The notes under the pieces are model-generated. The model ran no database searches and was not told the DNA's origin. It saw nothing but the letters and a program-made list of their open reading frames with translations. A stretch of 11,906 nucleotides of DNA from Amoeboradix gromovi X-113 (taxonomy: Eukaryota; Fungi; Sanchytriomycota), in contig JADGIF010000278.1 in NCBI GenBank assembly GCA_018985225.1, positions 1 to 11,906 on the forward strand, in the 5' to 3' direction. Within the stretch, counting starts at the first letter, position 1; each line of letters opens with the position of its first letter. A program made the translations under genes and the position numbers. Positions 1-7,976 of this stretch are shown here, in pieces.

Positions 1-1
1 A

Positions 2-212
2 CAAAATGACTCTAGAAAAGAGTACCGTCTAAGAAAATGCACCTTTTGCTTAGATGCTCAAAGACCTCATATTTGAAAGAGATGCAGGGTCCTCTACTTT
101 TATTTTGAAGAGGGCATTGAAAGTAATGAAAGAAAATTGGTGTAATAGAAGATCTTTTATTAATGATAGCATTTCCTCCGTATGGTGCACCTTTAAAAAC
201 GAGTTAGTCTAG
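2..212 (+). pseudogene. Possible C-terminal fragment of a TnpB/Fanzor-like RuvC nuclease (last zinc-finger CxxC plus RuvC-III), frameshifted and cut by the window edge
   Basis: Frame +2 (2-58) reads QNDSRKEYRLRKCTFCLDA. Frame +3 (60-212) reads KDLIFERDAGSSTFILKRALKVMKENWCNRRSF...ELV*. Joined by one frameshift near 59 this gives CxxC-x9-RD-x-GSSxFIL, matching the spacing of the TnpB/Fanzor CxxC...RDxNAAxNIL terminus. Only the last motifs lie in the window. Confidence 0.4.
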
Positions 213-219
213 TTTTTAT

Positions 220-408
220 ATTTGGTGTCCCATTGACAGGAGAGATATCAAAGATAAAAGAAGCCATTTTTTCACTATATGCTATCATTTATTTACTATT
301 ACTTGAAGAGAAAAGCATCTGCTAACGCCTACAGAGCTTCAAAAAGGTTTTAAATACAATATGTTATTGGCCCTTATGACGACTGTCAAAAGTGGTGAAA
401 TGCCAAAT
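220..408 (+). ncRNA. Candidate structured RNA (omegaRNA-like position) directly after the 2-212 relic
   Basis: Interrupted long-range helix: 220-228 ATTTGGTGT pairs with 400-408 ATGCCAAAT (two G.U pairs), 230-232 CCA with 393-395 TGG, and 233-239 TTGACAG with 383-389 CTGTCAA. Internal hairpins are TTGAAG 303-308/CTTCAA 337-342 with TCTG/CAGA, and CAATA/TATTG 357-369. It starts 8 nt after the TAG at 210-212. Confidence 0.3.
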
Positions 409-561
409 CGGCTAGTTACAGTTAATTAAAGATTACTACACCTAATACTTGAATGATATAATATGGAGCACCTAGTAATAACTAGCTTTTTTAGTTTTCA
501 CAATCGTGCCCTATAGACTAATATACTAATTCATAGTCTAAAATGACCTAGATATTAGAAA

Positions 562-603
562 CCAATCACATTGACCAATAGATTTTAGAGAAGACATGAT
601 TGG
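562..603. promoter_or_regulatory. Cluster of three CCAAT boxes upstream of the LRR gene
   Basis: CCAAT at 562-566 (ACCAATCA) and 575-579, and reverse ATTGG at 599-603 (TGATTGG), 55-96 bp before the ATG at 658. Confidence 0.3.
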
Positions 604-657
604 ATGATGGTTGATATTTAGTTTTTTCAACTTCCAAACAAATTGGGATACATTGAC

Positions 658-1599
658 ATGTCAACAGATGAAGTGATAATAGCTTATAATACAGAATTAG
701 AAGCATTAAGAAGAAAACAAAAGAAGAAGAAAGAGCTGTCATTGTGTTCGCAGAACATACAAATTATAACAGCAGAATTACAATCATTTACAAAATTATC
801 ATCTCTGTATTTGTGTTGTAACTCAATAACATTGTTTCCTGAGTCCATACTTAAACTAAAGCATTTGGTATTTCTATCATTAAAAGTGAATGAAATAAAA
901 CAACTGCCAGATTTAACTGCTTTGGCGAAGCTAAAAGACTTGGATATTAGTTACAATAGCATTAGAGCTATAAAGGGACTTCCTGCCGCACTGAAAAAGT
1001 TAGATTTAAGTAACAATTCAATTGCAAAGTTACCGCAGAGTATCGGTAATCTTGTAAAGCTTCATACTTTGAATGTTAGCAACAATCCCTTAATTAACCT
1101 GCCTTCTACTATTCACAACTGCCGATACCTTGCTAAGCTGATCACTGCAAATTGCTTATTTATAGAGAAACCATCCACTAATGTTTTACCTTCTTTAAAG
1201 GAACTAGCAGCCCGTAGCATGATCAATAGCAACCAATCACCCTCCAACGTTAGAATAGGCTCTCACGAAGAGAAAATCCCCAAGATGGGGCCACTCAAGC
1301 GGCTATCTATTTATAGAATCAACCCCCGAAAAATTAATAGCAACATGAAGACTCGTAGAGAAGATTCTCTTCTATCTTTGAACTCTTTGACTCTAAATGG
1401 AAACCATATCCCGAAGAACCTGAACGTTTATTTTAATTCATTGAATAATTGCGCCTGTTGTGGGACGCCAGTTTGGAATTCTTCGACTCGTTATTCTATT
1501 TTGAGAAGAGACATGGACATTCCATTGGAACATTTGCTATGCTCTTCGCACTGGAACACACATGAAGAAAGAATAATATCTTTTTTTGAATCTCAATAA
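658..1599 (+). CDS. Leucine-rich repeat protein, LRRC58/LRRC28-like, with BC-box and C-terminal Cys/His motif (313 aa)
   Basis: Tandem LxxLxLxxNxI/L repeats (e.g. LKDLDISYNSI, LKKLDLSNNSI, LHTLNVSNNPL), then PSLKELAARSMI (BC-box-like) and CACCG...IPLEHLLCSSHW. The ORF-track start at 643 is TTG; the first ATG is at 658. Confidence 0.85.
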   Translation: MSTDEVIIAYNTELEALRRKQKKKKELSLCSQNIQIITAELQSFTKLSSLYLCCNSITLFPESILKLKHLVFLSLKVNEIKQLPDLTALAKLKDLDISYNSIRAIKGLPAALKKLDLSNNSIAKLPQSIGNLVKLHTLNVSNNPLINLPSTIHNCRYLAKLITANCLFIEKPSTNVLPSLKELAARSMINSNQSPSNVRIGSHEEKIPKMGPLKRLSIYRINPRKINSNMKTRREDSLLSLNSLTLNGNHIPKNLNVYFNSLNNCACCGTPVWNSSTRYSILRRDMDIPLEHLLCSSHWNTHEERIISFFESQ

Positions 1600-1830
1600 A
1601 TTTATTTCATTAATCAGTGTAAAAACTCGCTAAAAAGCAGAGAAACCTCTATCAATTGCCTCAAACAGTTGAAATAAACATTTAAAAAAGTCAAATATCT
1701 TATCACCTAAGCTAATCCTGTTTTTTATCGCAGTTCTTTGATCGGGTTAAGGACAAATAATAACAGATTTCTTTCTATTTTTTATACGCTACAACCTCGA
1801 GTTACATTTCTGCCCTTTCTCAAAGTGCTT

Positions 1831-2832
1831 ATGAAAAAGGTGCTAGTTACTGGAGGAAGCTCGTTCATTTCTCAGCACATCATAAGATTGCTATTAGATC
1901 AGAATGAATATGAAGTAACTGCTACGATAAGAGCGCATTCAAATAGAACAAACATATTAAAAACATGGCAAAATTCAACAAAGTTAATTATTGAAAAGAA
2001 TAATTTGGATGATTTAGAGTCACTTAGGAGTTTAGTCAATGGTAAGTTTGTAGTGATACATGTAGCGTCGCCATTCGTTATGACAGGCAACAGAGAAGAA
2101 GTCGTGAATCCAGCCTTAAACATGACCAAAACAGTTTTAGAAGCCTGCCATTCTAGTTCCGTCACCAAGGTTATATTCACATCGTCGTCAGTGACAATGA
2201 GTCAGATCATCAGTAAGACTCCAATTGACGAAAATATGTTTAGTGACACTAGTAATCTAACACCTTATGAAGCAAGCAAAGTCGAATCGGAAAAATATAT
2301 TTGGAGTTACGTGAAAGAGAACAATCCCACATTCAAAGTAGTTTCTCTTCATCCTAGTGCTGTAATCGGTCCAGCATTCTCCGAGCATGTTGTGAGTAAC
2401 AGTGTTAAATCATTTATTATTGATGTCTTAAATGGTCATTCATTTCCCTTTAAAACACAATTGGATATATTAATGGTTGATGTCAGGGATGTTGCAAAGG
2501 CACACATTCTAGCAATTACTAAAGGCGAAGGTCGATATCTATGTTGTGCAAAGTCAGTTCCAGTCGGAGATATCATTACTGCTGGGAAGTCATTGTATAA
2601 CTTACCCCGAGCGCCAACTGTACATGTACCTCCTCTTATTGTCAAGGGTATGGCATTCTTTTTAGACAGCAATACATCCAGCTTCTTAAAAGGTCACGTA
2701 GGGCATGGTGAATACAAGTTTGACAATTCAAAAATTCGATCAGAGCTGGGACTAGAATTCATGGAGATCAGCGAGTCTCTCAAAGACACTATCAGATGGT
2801 GTCAGGAATCTAATTTACTTTTGAATAAATAG
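1831..2832 (+). CDS. Extended SDR / NAD(P)-dependent epimerase-dehydratase family (DFR/CCR/Gre2-like reductase), 333 aa
   Basis: MKKVLVTGGSSFIS Rossmann start, VIHVASP, VIFTSS, catalytic YEASK (YxxxK), HPSAVIGP, VDVRDVAKAHI, GRYLC. The start at 1738 is TTG; the ATG at 1831 fits the family N-terminus. Confidence 0.93.
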   Translation: MKKVLVTGGSSFISQHIIRLLLDQNEYEVTATIRAHSNRTNILKTWQNSTKLIIEKNNLDDLESLRSLVNGKFVVIHVASPFVMTGNREEVVNPALNMTKTVLEACHSSSVTKVIFTSSSVTMSQIISKTPIDENMFSDTSNLTPYEASKVESEKYIWSYVKENNPTFKVVSLHPSAVIGPAFSEHVVSNSVKSFIIDVLNGHSFPFKTQLDILMVDVRDVAKAHILAITKGEGRYLCCAKSVPVGDIITAGKSLYNLPRAPTVHVPPLIVKGMAFFLDSNTSSFLKGHVGHGEYKFDNSKIRSELGLEFMEISESLKDTIRWCQESNLLLNK

Positions 2833-2885
2833 TTTTAAGTTATTCGCCAGTATTATCTTGAAACTAGCCAAGATTTTGATCTGTT

Positions 2886-4664
2886 ATGTTATTTTTATTG
2901 GGCATCGTAATAGCATCCTTGGTCAGCATAAGGACATCAAATGTATATAAAAGAGATTTTGACCAATCATCAGATATCGTCTTAGAATTCCAATGGAATG
3001 GCACATATTTGGTTTTTAGGTTAGCTGAAATTCCAGCTACTGTGTATGTTGATTCTGAAGTTATATTAGCGACACTTTTTAAGGGAAATACAGACGAGGG
3101 AATTCCTGGGGTATTTACTTATTCTAACAGCACTTGGCAAGGGTCTTTCAAAGTAAACGATAACGTTTACCATGCTTTCCCTAGCAGCCATCCAAGAGCG
3201 TTAGAGAAAAGAGAAAATGAACATTACATAACTGGCGCTGAGGATCACGATTTCGTGTGCCGTACGAATACTAATATAACAGTTTCAGAATCAAAGAACC
3301 TGAAGAAAAGGTCAGAAGTATCATGCCCTACAGCTAGGCAGATCCTTCCTGTATGTATAGCAGTAGACTGCAATTACTATAAACTGTTTCAAGGACAATC
3401 AACAGCAAATGTACTGCAAGAACTAGGACTAGCATCCCTAATCCTGGAGGAAAACATCAACGTAGGACTGGGTGTAATAAAAGTTGACATTCGCACTACT
3501 TGCGGAAACGGTGCAGATAATGCTGTTTGGAACAATGAGTGCAGTGCTGATGTACAAGATCGGCTTAACAAATTTACAGCCTGGAGTGGAACCCAAAAGG
3601 AGAAATGCGGCATCTGGCATTTGATAACTCAGTGCTCCTATGGTCCCACATTAGGAATAGCTTGGATAAACTCTGCATGTCGTAACGAAGTCATTTCACA
3701 AAATTCAATGATCTTTGGCAATGCCGGACTAAGCTCTGTAAGCACTGATGGATATAAAGTTGTTGCTCATGAAATCATGCACAATTTAGGTGCCGTGCAC
3801 GACTGCACTTCATCTCAGTGTACTGGCGTGTCCGAATGCGGCAATAATCAGTGTAATTGCTGCCCTTGTGAAGGGTGTGATTGCAAAGCATCATATTTGA
3901 TGAACCCTTCATTGACTCTCAATACGAAGATTTCTCCATGTACTAAAACCGATGTCTGTGGAAATCTACCATTTCTTAGTTCTTGTTTATTGGAAGATAA
4001 AAGTGAGCTAAAAACTTTAGGTTTCTGTGGAAATGGTATCGTCGAAGACAACGAAGAATGCGATCCAGGTATTTCAGAAAATGAGTGCTGCAGCGCATCG
4101 TGCAAACTGAAACCAAATGCAACTTGCAGTGATTCAAATCACGGATGTTGCACTAACTGTAAAGTTTCAACAAATAACAAGATTTGCAGAGCATCTAAAA
4201 ATGAATGCGATGTTCAGGAGATTTGTAATAATGTATCGAGAGACTGCCCGGTCAACAGATTTTTAAACAACGGTCAAGCTTGTTCAAATGGCAGATGCTC
4301 AAATGGGATGTGTACCAATTCAGATGATCAGTGTGCATTAAAGGGACATAGATTGGGATATAAGAACTCTTGCACAAACGGATGCAAAATGCTTTGTTCT
4401 GACTCATTAGGTCAATGTGTTGACACCAATTCCAATTTTTTACCTGGGACTAGCTGCAAGTTAAATGGTAAGTGCAACGAGGAGGGGATTTGCGCTTTCG
4501 ATAACAACTCTGACGCAATCATCTCTTGGGTATCGGAAAACGCCACCTTGATTTGCGTTTTATCAACAGTTTTCGTTGTCATACTTATTTACATTGCGCT
4601 GAGATTTAGAAAATCAAGAAAAGATAGAGATATGCCATCGACTCCTGCAATTCTTTCTAGATGA
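2886..4664 (+). CDS. ADAM-family zinc metalloprotease-disintegrin (fungal ADM-B/Mde10-like), single-pass membrane protein, 592 aa
   Basis: Hydrophobic N-terminus, prodomain ending in KKR, zinc motif HEIMHNLGAVH (3768-3800), Met-turn YLMNP, disintegrin start CGNGIVEDNEECDPG, Cys-rich region, transmembrane LICVLSTVFVVILIYIAL and a basic tail. Confidence 0.95.
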   Translation: MLFLLGIVIASLVSIRTSNVYKRDFDQSSDIVLEFQWNGTYLVFRLAEIPATVYVDSEVILATLFKGNTDEGIPGVFTYSNSTWQGSFKVNDNVYHAFPSSHPRALEKRENEHYITGAEDHDFVCRTNTNITVSESKNLKKRSEVSCPTARQILPVCIAVDCNYYKLFQGQSTANVLQELGLASLILEENINVGLGVIKVDIRTTCGNGADNAVWNNECSADVQDRLNKFTAWSGTQKEKCGIWHLITQCSYGPTLGIAWINSACRNEVISQNSMIFGNAGLSSVSTDGYKVVAHEIMHNLGAVHDCTSSQCTGVSECGNNQCNCCPCEGCDCKASYLMNPSLTLNTKISPCTKTDVCGNLPFLSSCLLEDKSELKTLGFCGNGIVEDNEECDPGISENECCSASCKLKPNATCSDSNHGCCTNCKVSTNNKICRASKNECDVQEICNNVSRDCPVNRFLNNGQACSNGRCSNGMCTNSDDQCALKGHRLGYKNSCTNGCKMLCSDSLGQCVDTNSNFLPGTSCKLNGKCNEEGICAFDNNSDAIISWVSENATLICVLSTVFVVILIYIALRFRKSRKDRDMPSTPAILSR

Positions 4665-4710
4665 CTGTGTTTTTCTAATAAACTAATGTTTTATTTTTAA
4701 GTCACAAAAT

Positions 4711-5685
4711 TTATCGATCTTCTCCCTTATCAGGAATGTTGTGCTGCAGATTCTTTGAATGCATCTCAAATCCCGCCATTTCCAAAAATTCCATATTGTC
4801 TTGCCTACCAAATGCTTGCCAGCTAGGATTTCTAATTTTGTAGTCTTCAGGATCAAATTCTTCAACTATTACCACTTCCAAATGATCAATTACAAATTTC
4901 TCATTATTCGTAAACTGCGGTGAACCATAAGTAGTAGATATAGGCTTAGCAAATGAGGATCCAGTGAAATCATCTTTCAAATATAGTCCGAAGTAGTCCA
5001 GCTGACCTCCAAATCCTAGTCCATTAGTACATGATGCAGAGTTGAGAGACAAATAAGCATAATTCTCGTTATAAAATGTGGACTTGTAAATTGCTGAATT
5101 TTCGCCATTTAAAGAAAACAAGAAATTATCTGAGTTTCCCACAAATTGACCTGGATTGTTAGACCAGGGTGTAGCCATGTGTCCACCAAATGTTTTGCCT
5201 TCACTTTTTATAATTATAAGTGACCGACAAGGGCATTTCACCAATGCATATATAAATTGGGACCATGCAGTTCCGTCGATACTTGAATTATAAACAATTT
5301 TCCATCTTATTCTGCAGGTGTCCTGCAAATGACTTTGCAGATAGCACACATACATGGAGTTTAACAGATTAGATTGACCCACAATTTTTGGCATTAAAAA
5401 TCCCAATGAGTACCCGTTTTTAACTGAGTTCCCTAGTATGTTATTAAAATGGTAGTTGAGCATCAGCAACAGATGCTGTTTAAAATTTTCATCATTAGGC
5501 ACAACAATTGAGCTTTCTATGGAATTTGAGTTCACGTATAGCTTCATTAGTGGTTCTATATAGTCATTTAATTGCACTGGTTCCTTTTTTAGCCACGCAC
5601 CGCTTACTGATTTGCTAAAGTACTTATCTAGTTTTTGAAAGTTCACATTGTCTTCTGTAGATGCTAGCGAATTTGAATTACCCAT
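4711..5685 (-). CDS. TLDc-domain protein, Rtc5/MEAK7-like, predicted N-myristoylated (324 aa)
   Basis: MGNSNS (MGxxxS) N-terminus; TLDc motifs WKIVYNSSIDG, FGGHMATPW, FVGNSDNFLFSL, NENYAYL, GLGFGG, STTYGSP, IDHLEV; C-terminal EFLEMAG..MHS. Confidence 0.88.
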   Translation of the reverse strand: MGNSNSLASTEDNVNFQKLDKYFSKSVSGAWLKKEPVQLNDYIEPLMKLYVNSNSIESSIVVPNDENFKQHLLLMLNYHFNNILGNSVKNGYSLGFLMPKIVGQSNLLNSMYVCYLQSHLQDTCRIRWKIVYNSSIDGTAWSQFIYALVKCPCRSLIIIKSEGKTFGGHMATPWSNNPGQFVGNSDNFLFSLNGENSAIYKSTFYNENYAYLSLNSASCTNGLGFGGQLDYFGLYLKDDFTGSSFAKPISTTYGSPQFTNNEKFVIDHLEVVIVEEFDPEDYKIRNPSWQAFGRQDNMEFLEMAGFEMHSKNLQHNIPDKGEDR

Positions 5686-5731
5686 GTTTCACTCTTAAGA
5701 TTGGAACAAATTAAAATATCCTATTTATTAA

Positions 5732-7086
5732 CTACGCTTCAATGTCATGTTTAAATCCGCAATACGGTCCTGCTTTACAGGTTTCAAATGGACACCGCAT
5801 TGATGGGATTAATGCTGCTTTTAGTTCTTCTAACTGTAATAAGTTACTTCCTGACATCTCAGTATCCATATTTAACTGAGGCAATAGCACATAACTAGCA
5901 AAATACTGTAAATTTTCAGGTCTGGACTCTGTTCTAGACCATTTAAAGAACTTCAAATCATTATACATTGTTGCCTTGTTTGTTTGAATATCTACTACTT
6001 CTCTAGGAGATTCTGGAATACTTAGTATTGAAGAATATTGCACTGGATTTGATGATCTCTCTCTGTTGGTTTGCGTTCTTGTTTCTTCACTCTCCATTCC
6101 TCTCTCAAAAACAGTAAAATCGTGCTCCAATTCTAAGTTAATATCAAAATACCACGTGGAGTTCTCCATTCTATCCTCACCTTTTGTTTTAGTGCTCTAC
6201 TAGCCTCGCCGCGCTCCGAGTACATCGATTTCTTATCATGTTTAGCAATTTTGTCAATTCTTTTCACAGAGTTTTTGTTCATATCAAATTGAACAGACCT
6301 TTTAGTTTTGGCTCCTACATCAGCATTCATGCCTTCCTCTTGCGCTAGATTCTTTAAGCTAGATTTTAATATGCCTTTTGGATAAGACTTCATGGTACCC
6401 AACGGAACTTTAGCAACCATGATAAAATCTTCTTCAGCATCCACTGAGTCTGATACATCCTCTAATGTCGGTTCGGTCTGCTTAATAGTCCAAGGACCAA
6501 CGACCTTTTGCCTTTTTGATGAGGAGTTATCATCACTAGCCTTTCTTTTAGGCGCAGATTCTTTTGAATTCTTTTCTTCTTCTATAAATTTCAGCCAGTT
6601 CACTTTCATTTGGTTGTACGTCTTTTTGGCATGTCCGAGAAGTGGAAATCTAGGATCGACATTTTGAGCAGCTTTGGCAAGTGTGGATTTGACTGCTTTA
6701 CCTAAATCGTGCTGAAGTAGCAGTTCGGAAGGTATTCTTAACAATGAGAGTACTTCAATGGTATCAATAATCAAATCGAAATTTACCTTATTAGGATCAA
6801 GCCAAGTAGCTTCATGCTTACGTAAAATACTCGAAAAGCCACGAACGAGTACTTCTGACTTACCGAATTCAGTTCTGACTTGCAGTGATGCGGACTTGAT
6901 TGTGAGAAGAAAAGATTTAAACAAAGTGTAATTCAAGTGTTTATATTCGTGGAATATTTGTTCAAACAATTGTAGGTCTTGTATTTGCAGCGGTATTCTA
7001 CCTTTCCTAGATTGATAAGCCTCGAGTGCTGTTTTAACCGCTGCAGTAGAGTTTGATTTGTTCTGTAGTAATCCCGGATTAATCAT
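5732..7086 (-). CDS. PNUTS/PPP1R10 (Ppn1/Ref2)-like PP1 regulatory subunit; two exons, 7086-6153 and 6132-5732, 444 aa
   Basis: Exon 1 has a TFIIS-N-like helical domain (VLSLLRIPSELLLQHDLGKAVK...W), KGILK (SILK-type motif) and KRSVQF (RVxF). Splicing gives IEWRTPR-ELEHDFTVFERGMESEETRTQTNRE. Exon 2 has IPESPRE and a terminal CCCH finger CPFETCKAGPYCGFKH. 934+401=1335 nt, in frame. Confidence 0.82.
6133..6152 (-). other. 20-nt spliceosomal intron GTATTTTGATATTAACTTAG
   Basis: GT donor, branch-point-like TTAAC, TTAG acceptor. Its removal fuses ORFs 6133-7086 and 5732-6169 in frame. The TAG stop of the upstream ORF is the acceptor itself. Confidence 0.82.
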
Positions 7087-7130
7087 TTACCGAGAATTTC
7101 AGGGGGCAGTTGAGTCATCTTTTCACCAGC

Positions 7131-7655
7131 ATGACGTGTAGATTGATTAGTTTCTCGTGGTTACCACTGTTAAAAAAGTATCTCTATCACTATTATAGTC
7201 TGATTTTTAGATTTTATAAACCAGTGTACATCGCCCACCACTACAGTTTGCAAAATTGTAATAAACATTGCATTCCCGAAGAAGCTCTATACAACGGGTA
7301 TAGAATCATGCAGAATGGATTTATTATATCTTCTGATAGATTCATAGAATACATGAATACACGCTACCCATCATTCGAATGCAAATACAAAGTCTACAAG
7401 CATTTTATTAAAAAGGGCTTTCTTGTATACAGTGGCCTTAATTTCGCAGTTGATTATGTTTTATATACTGACGCTAGATCTAAATGCCATAGTAGCTATG
7501 GGGTATTAGTGGAACCGGCCTATAGGTATTTTGACTTGTTTAGAGCGCAAAGAGTCGTTCATCATGTTCGTAAAAAGTTGATTCTTTGCTATTTTCAAGA
7601 AGATGAGCTTTTTTCTGTCAAGGTCCAGCGATTTACGATTTCAGGCCACAGATAA
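7131..7655 (+). CDS. SEN2: tRNA-splicing endonuclease catalytic subunit, Sen2-like, very short (174 aa)
   Basis: PEEALY, F..KYKVYKHFIKKGFLVYSGLNFAVDYVLY, CHSSYGVLV and RVVHHVRKKLILCY, with the catalytic Tyr, His and Lys positions present. The start at 7110 is TTG; 7131 is the only ATG upstream of the EEA motif. Confidence 0.85.
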   Translation: MTCRLISFSWLPLLKKYLYHYYSLIFRFYKPVYIAHHYSLQNCNKHCIPEEALYNGYRIMQNGFIISSDRFIEYMNTRYPSFECKYKVYKHFIKKGFLVYSGLNFAVDYVLYTDARSKCHSSYGVLVEPAYRYFDLFRAQRVVHHVRKKLILCYFQEDELFSVKVQRFTISGHR

Positions 7656-7723
7656 ACATTTGGGTTAGGAAAATAAATAGTAATACGCAGTGATGAATAC
7701 TGTGGCATTAAAATTCCATTTTT

Positions 7724-7950
7724 TTAAAACCCAAATAATGAGGCTCAACTTGATGTTATATCCAGTATTTGCAGCTATTAATTAAGCAAATACATAATTA
7801 GAGATCTACAGTCTAATAGCATTTCGAGAACTTTGAATCTAACAGTTTTTGTTCAACTCTTTATTAACCTGTACCAACTCTCCCGTATTCGTGTTTATGA
7901 TCTGCAGTCCTGTTGGGGGTTTTGAGCGTTGCTCAGTTTTTGGGTTTTAA
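7724..7950. repeat. Imperfect foldback / inverted repeat element (MITE-like or long RNA hairpin)
   Basis: Perfect 12-bp terminal inverted repeat TTAAAACCCAAA (7724-7735) / TTTGGGTTTTAA (7939-7950). It continues inward through co-linear complementary blocks TGAG/CTCA, GCTCAA/TTGAGC, TGCAG/CTGCA, AATAC/GTATT, AGAG/CTCT, TACAG/CTGTA, TAATA/TATTA and GAAC/GTTC. Confidence 0.45.
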
Positions 7951-7976
7951 TTAAATAAATCATTTTCTGTGATTAA

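Noticed and set aside
514-540. 7-bp inverted repeat TAGACTA/TAGTCTA
   Set aside because: Short and AT-rich; expected by chance unless shown to mark an element end.
1899-2672. Minus-strand ORFs 1899-2180 and 2436-2672
   Set aside because: Antisense shadows of the SDR gene with no recognisable motifs.
3389-4105. Minus-strand ORFs 3389-3613, 3438-3620 and 3848-4105
   Set aside because: Antisense shadows inside the ADAM gene.
4683-4865. 60-aa minus-strand ORF
   Set aside because: Alternative frame overlapping the conserved TLDc C-terminus; the main ORF is already complete.
5732-6169. Independent 145-aa gene starting MENSTW
   Set aside because: Better explained as exon 2 of the PNUTS-like gene.
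6392-6667. 91-aa plus-strand ORF
   Set aside because: Antisense shadow of the PNUTS-like gene.
7041-7118. Alternative PNUTS first exon MTQLPPEIL with a 50-nt intron (7090-7041)
   Set aside because: In frame but not required, and it would place the ATG only 12 bp from the SEN2 ATG; no independent support.
7690-7696. GTGATGA box C of a C/D snoRNA
   Set aside because: No CTGA box D at a suitable distance.
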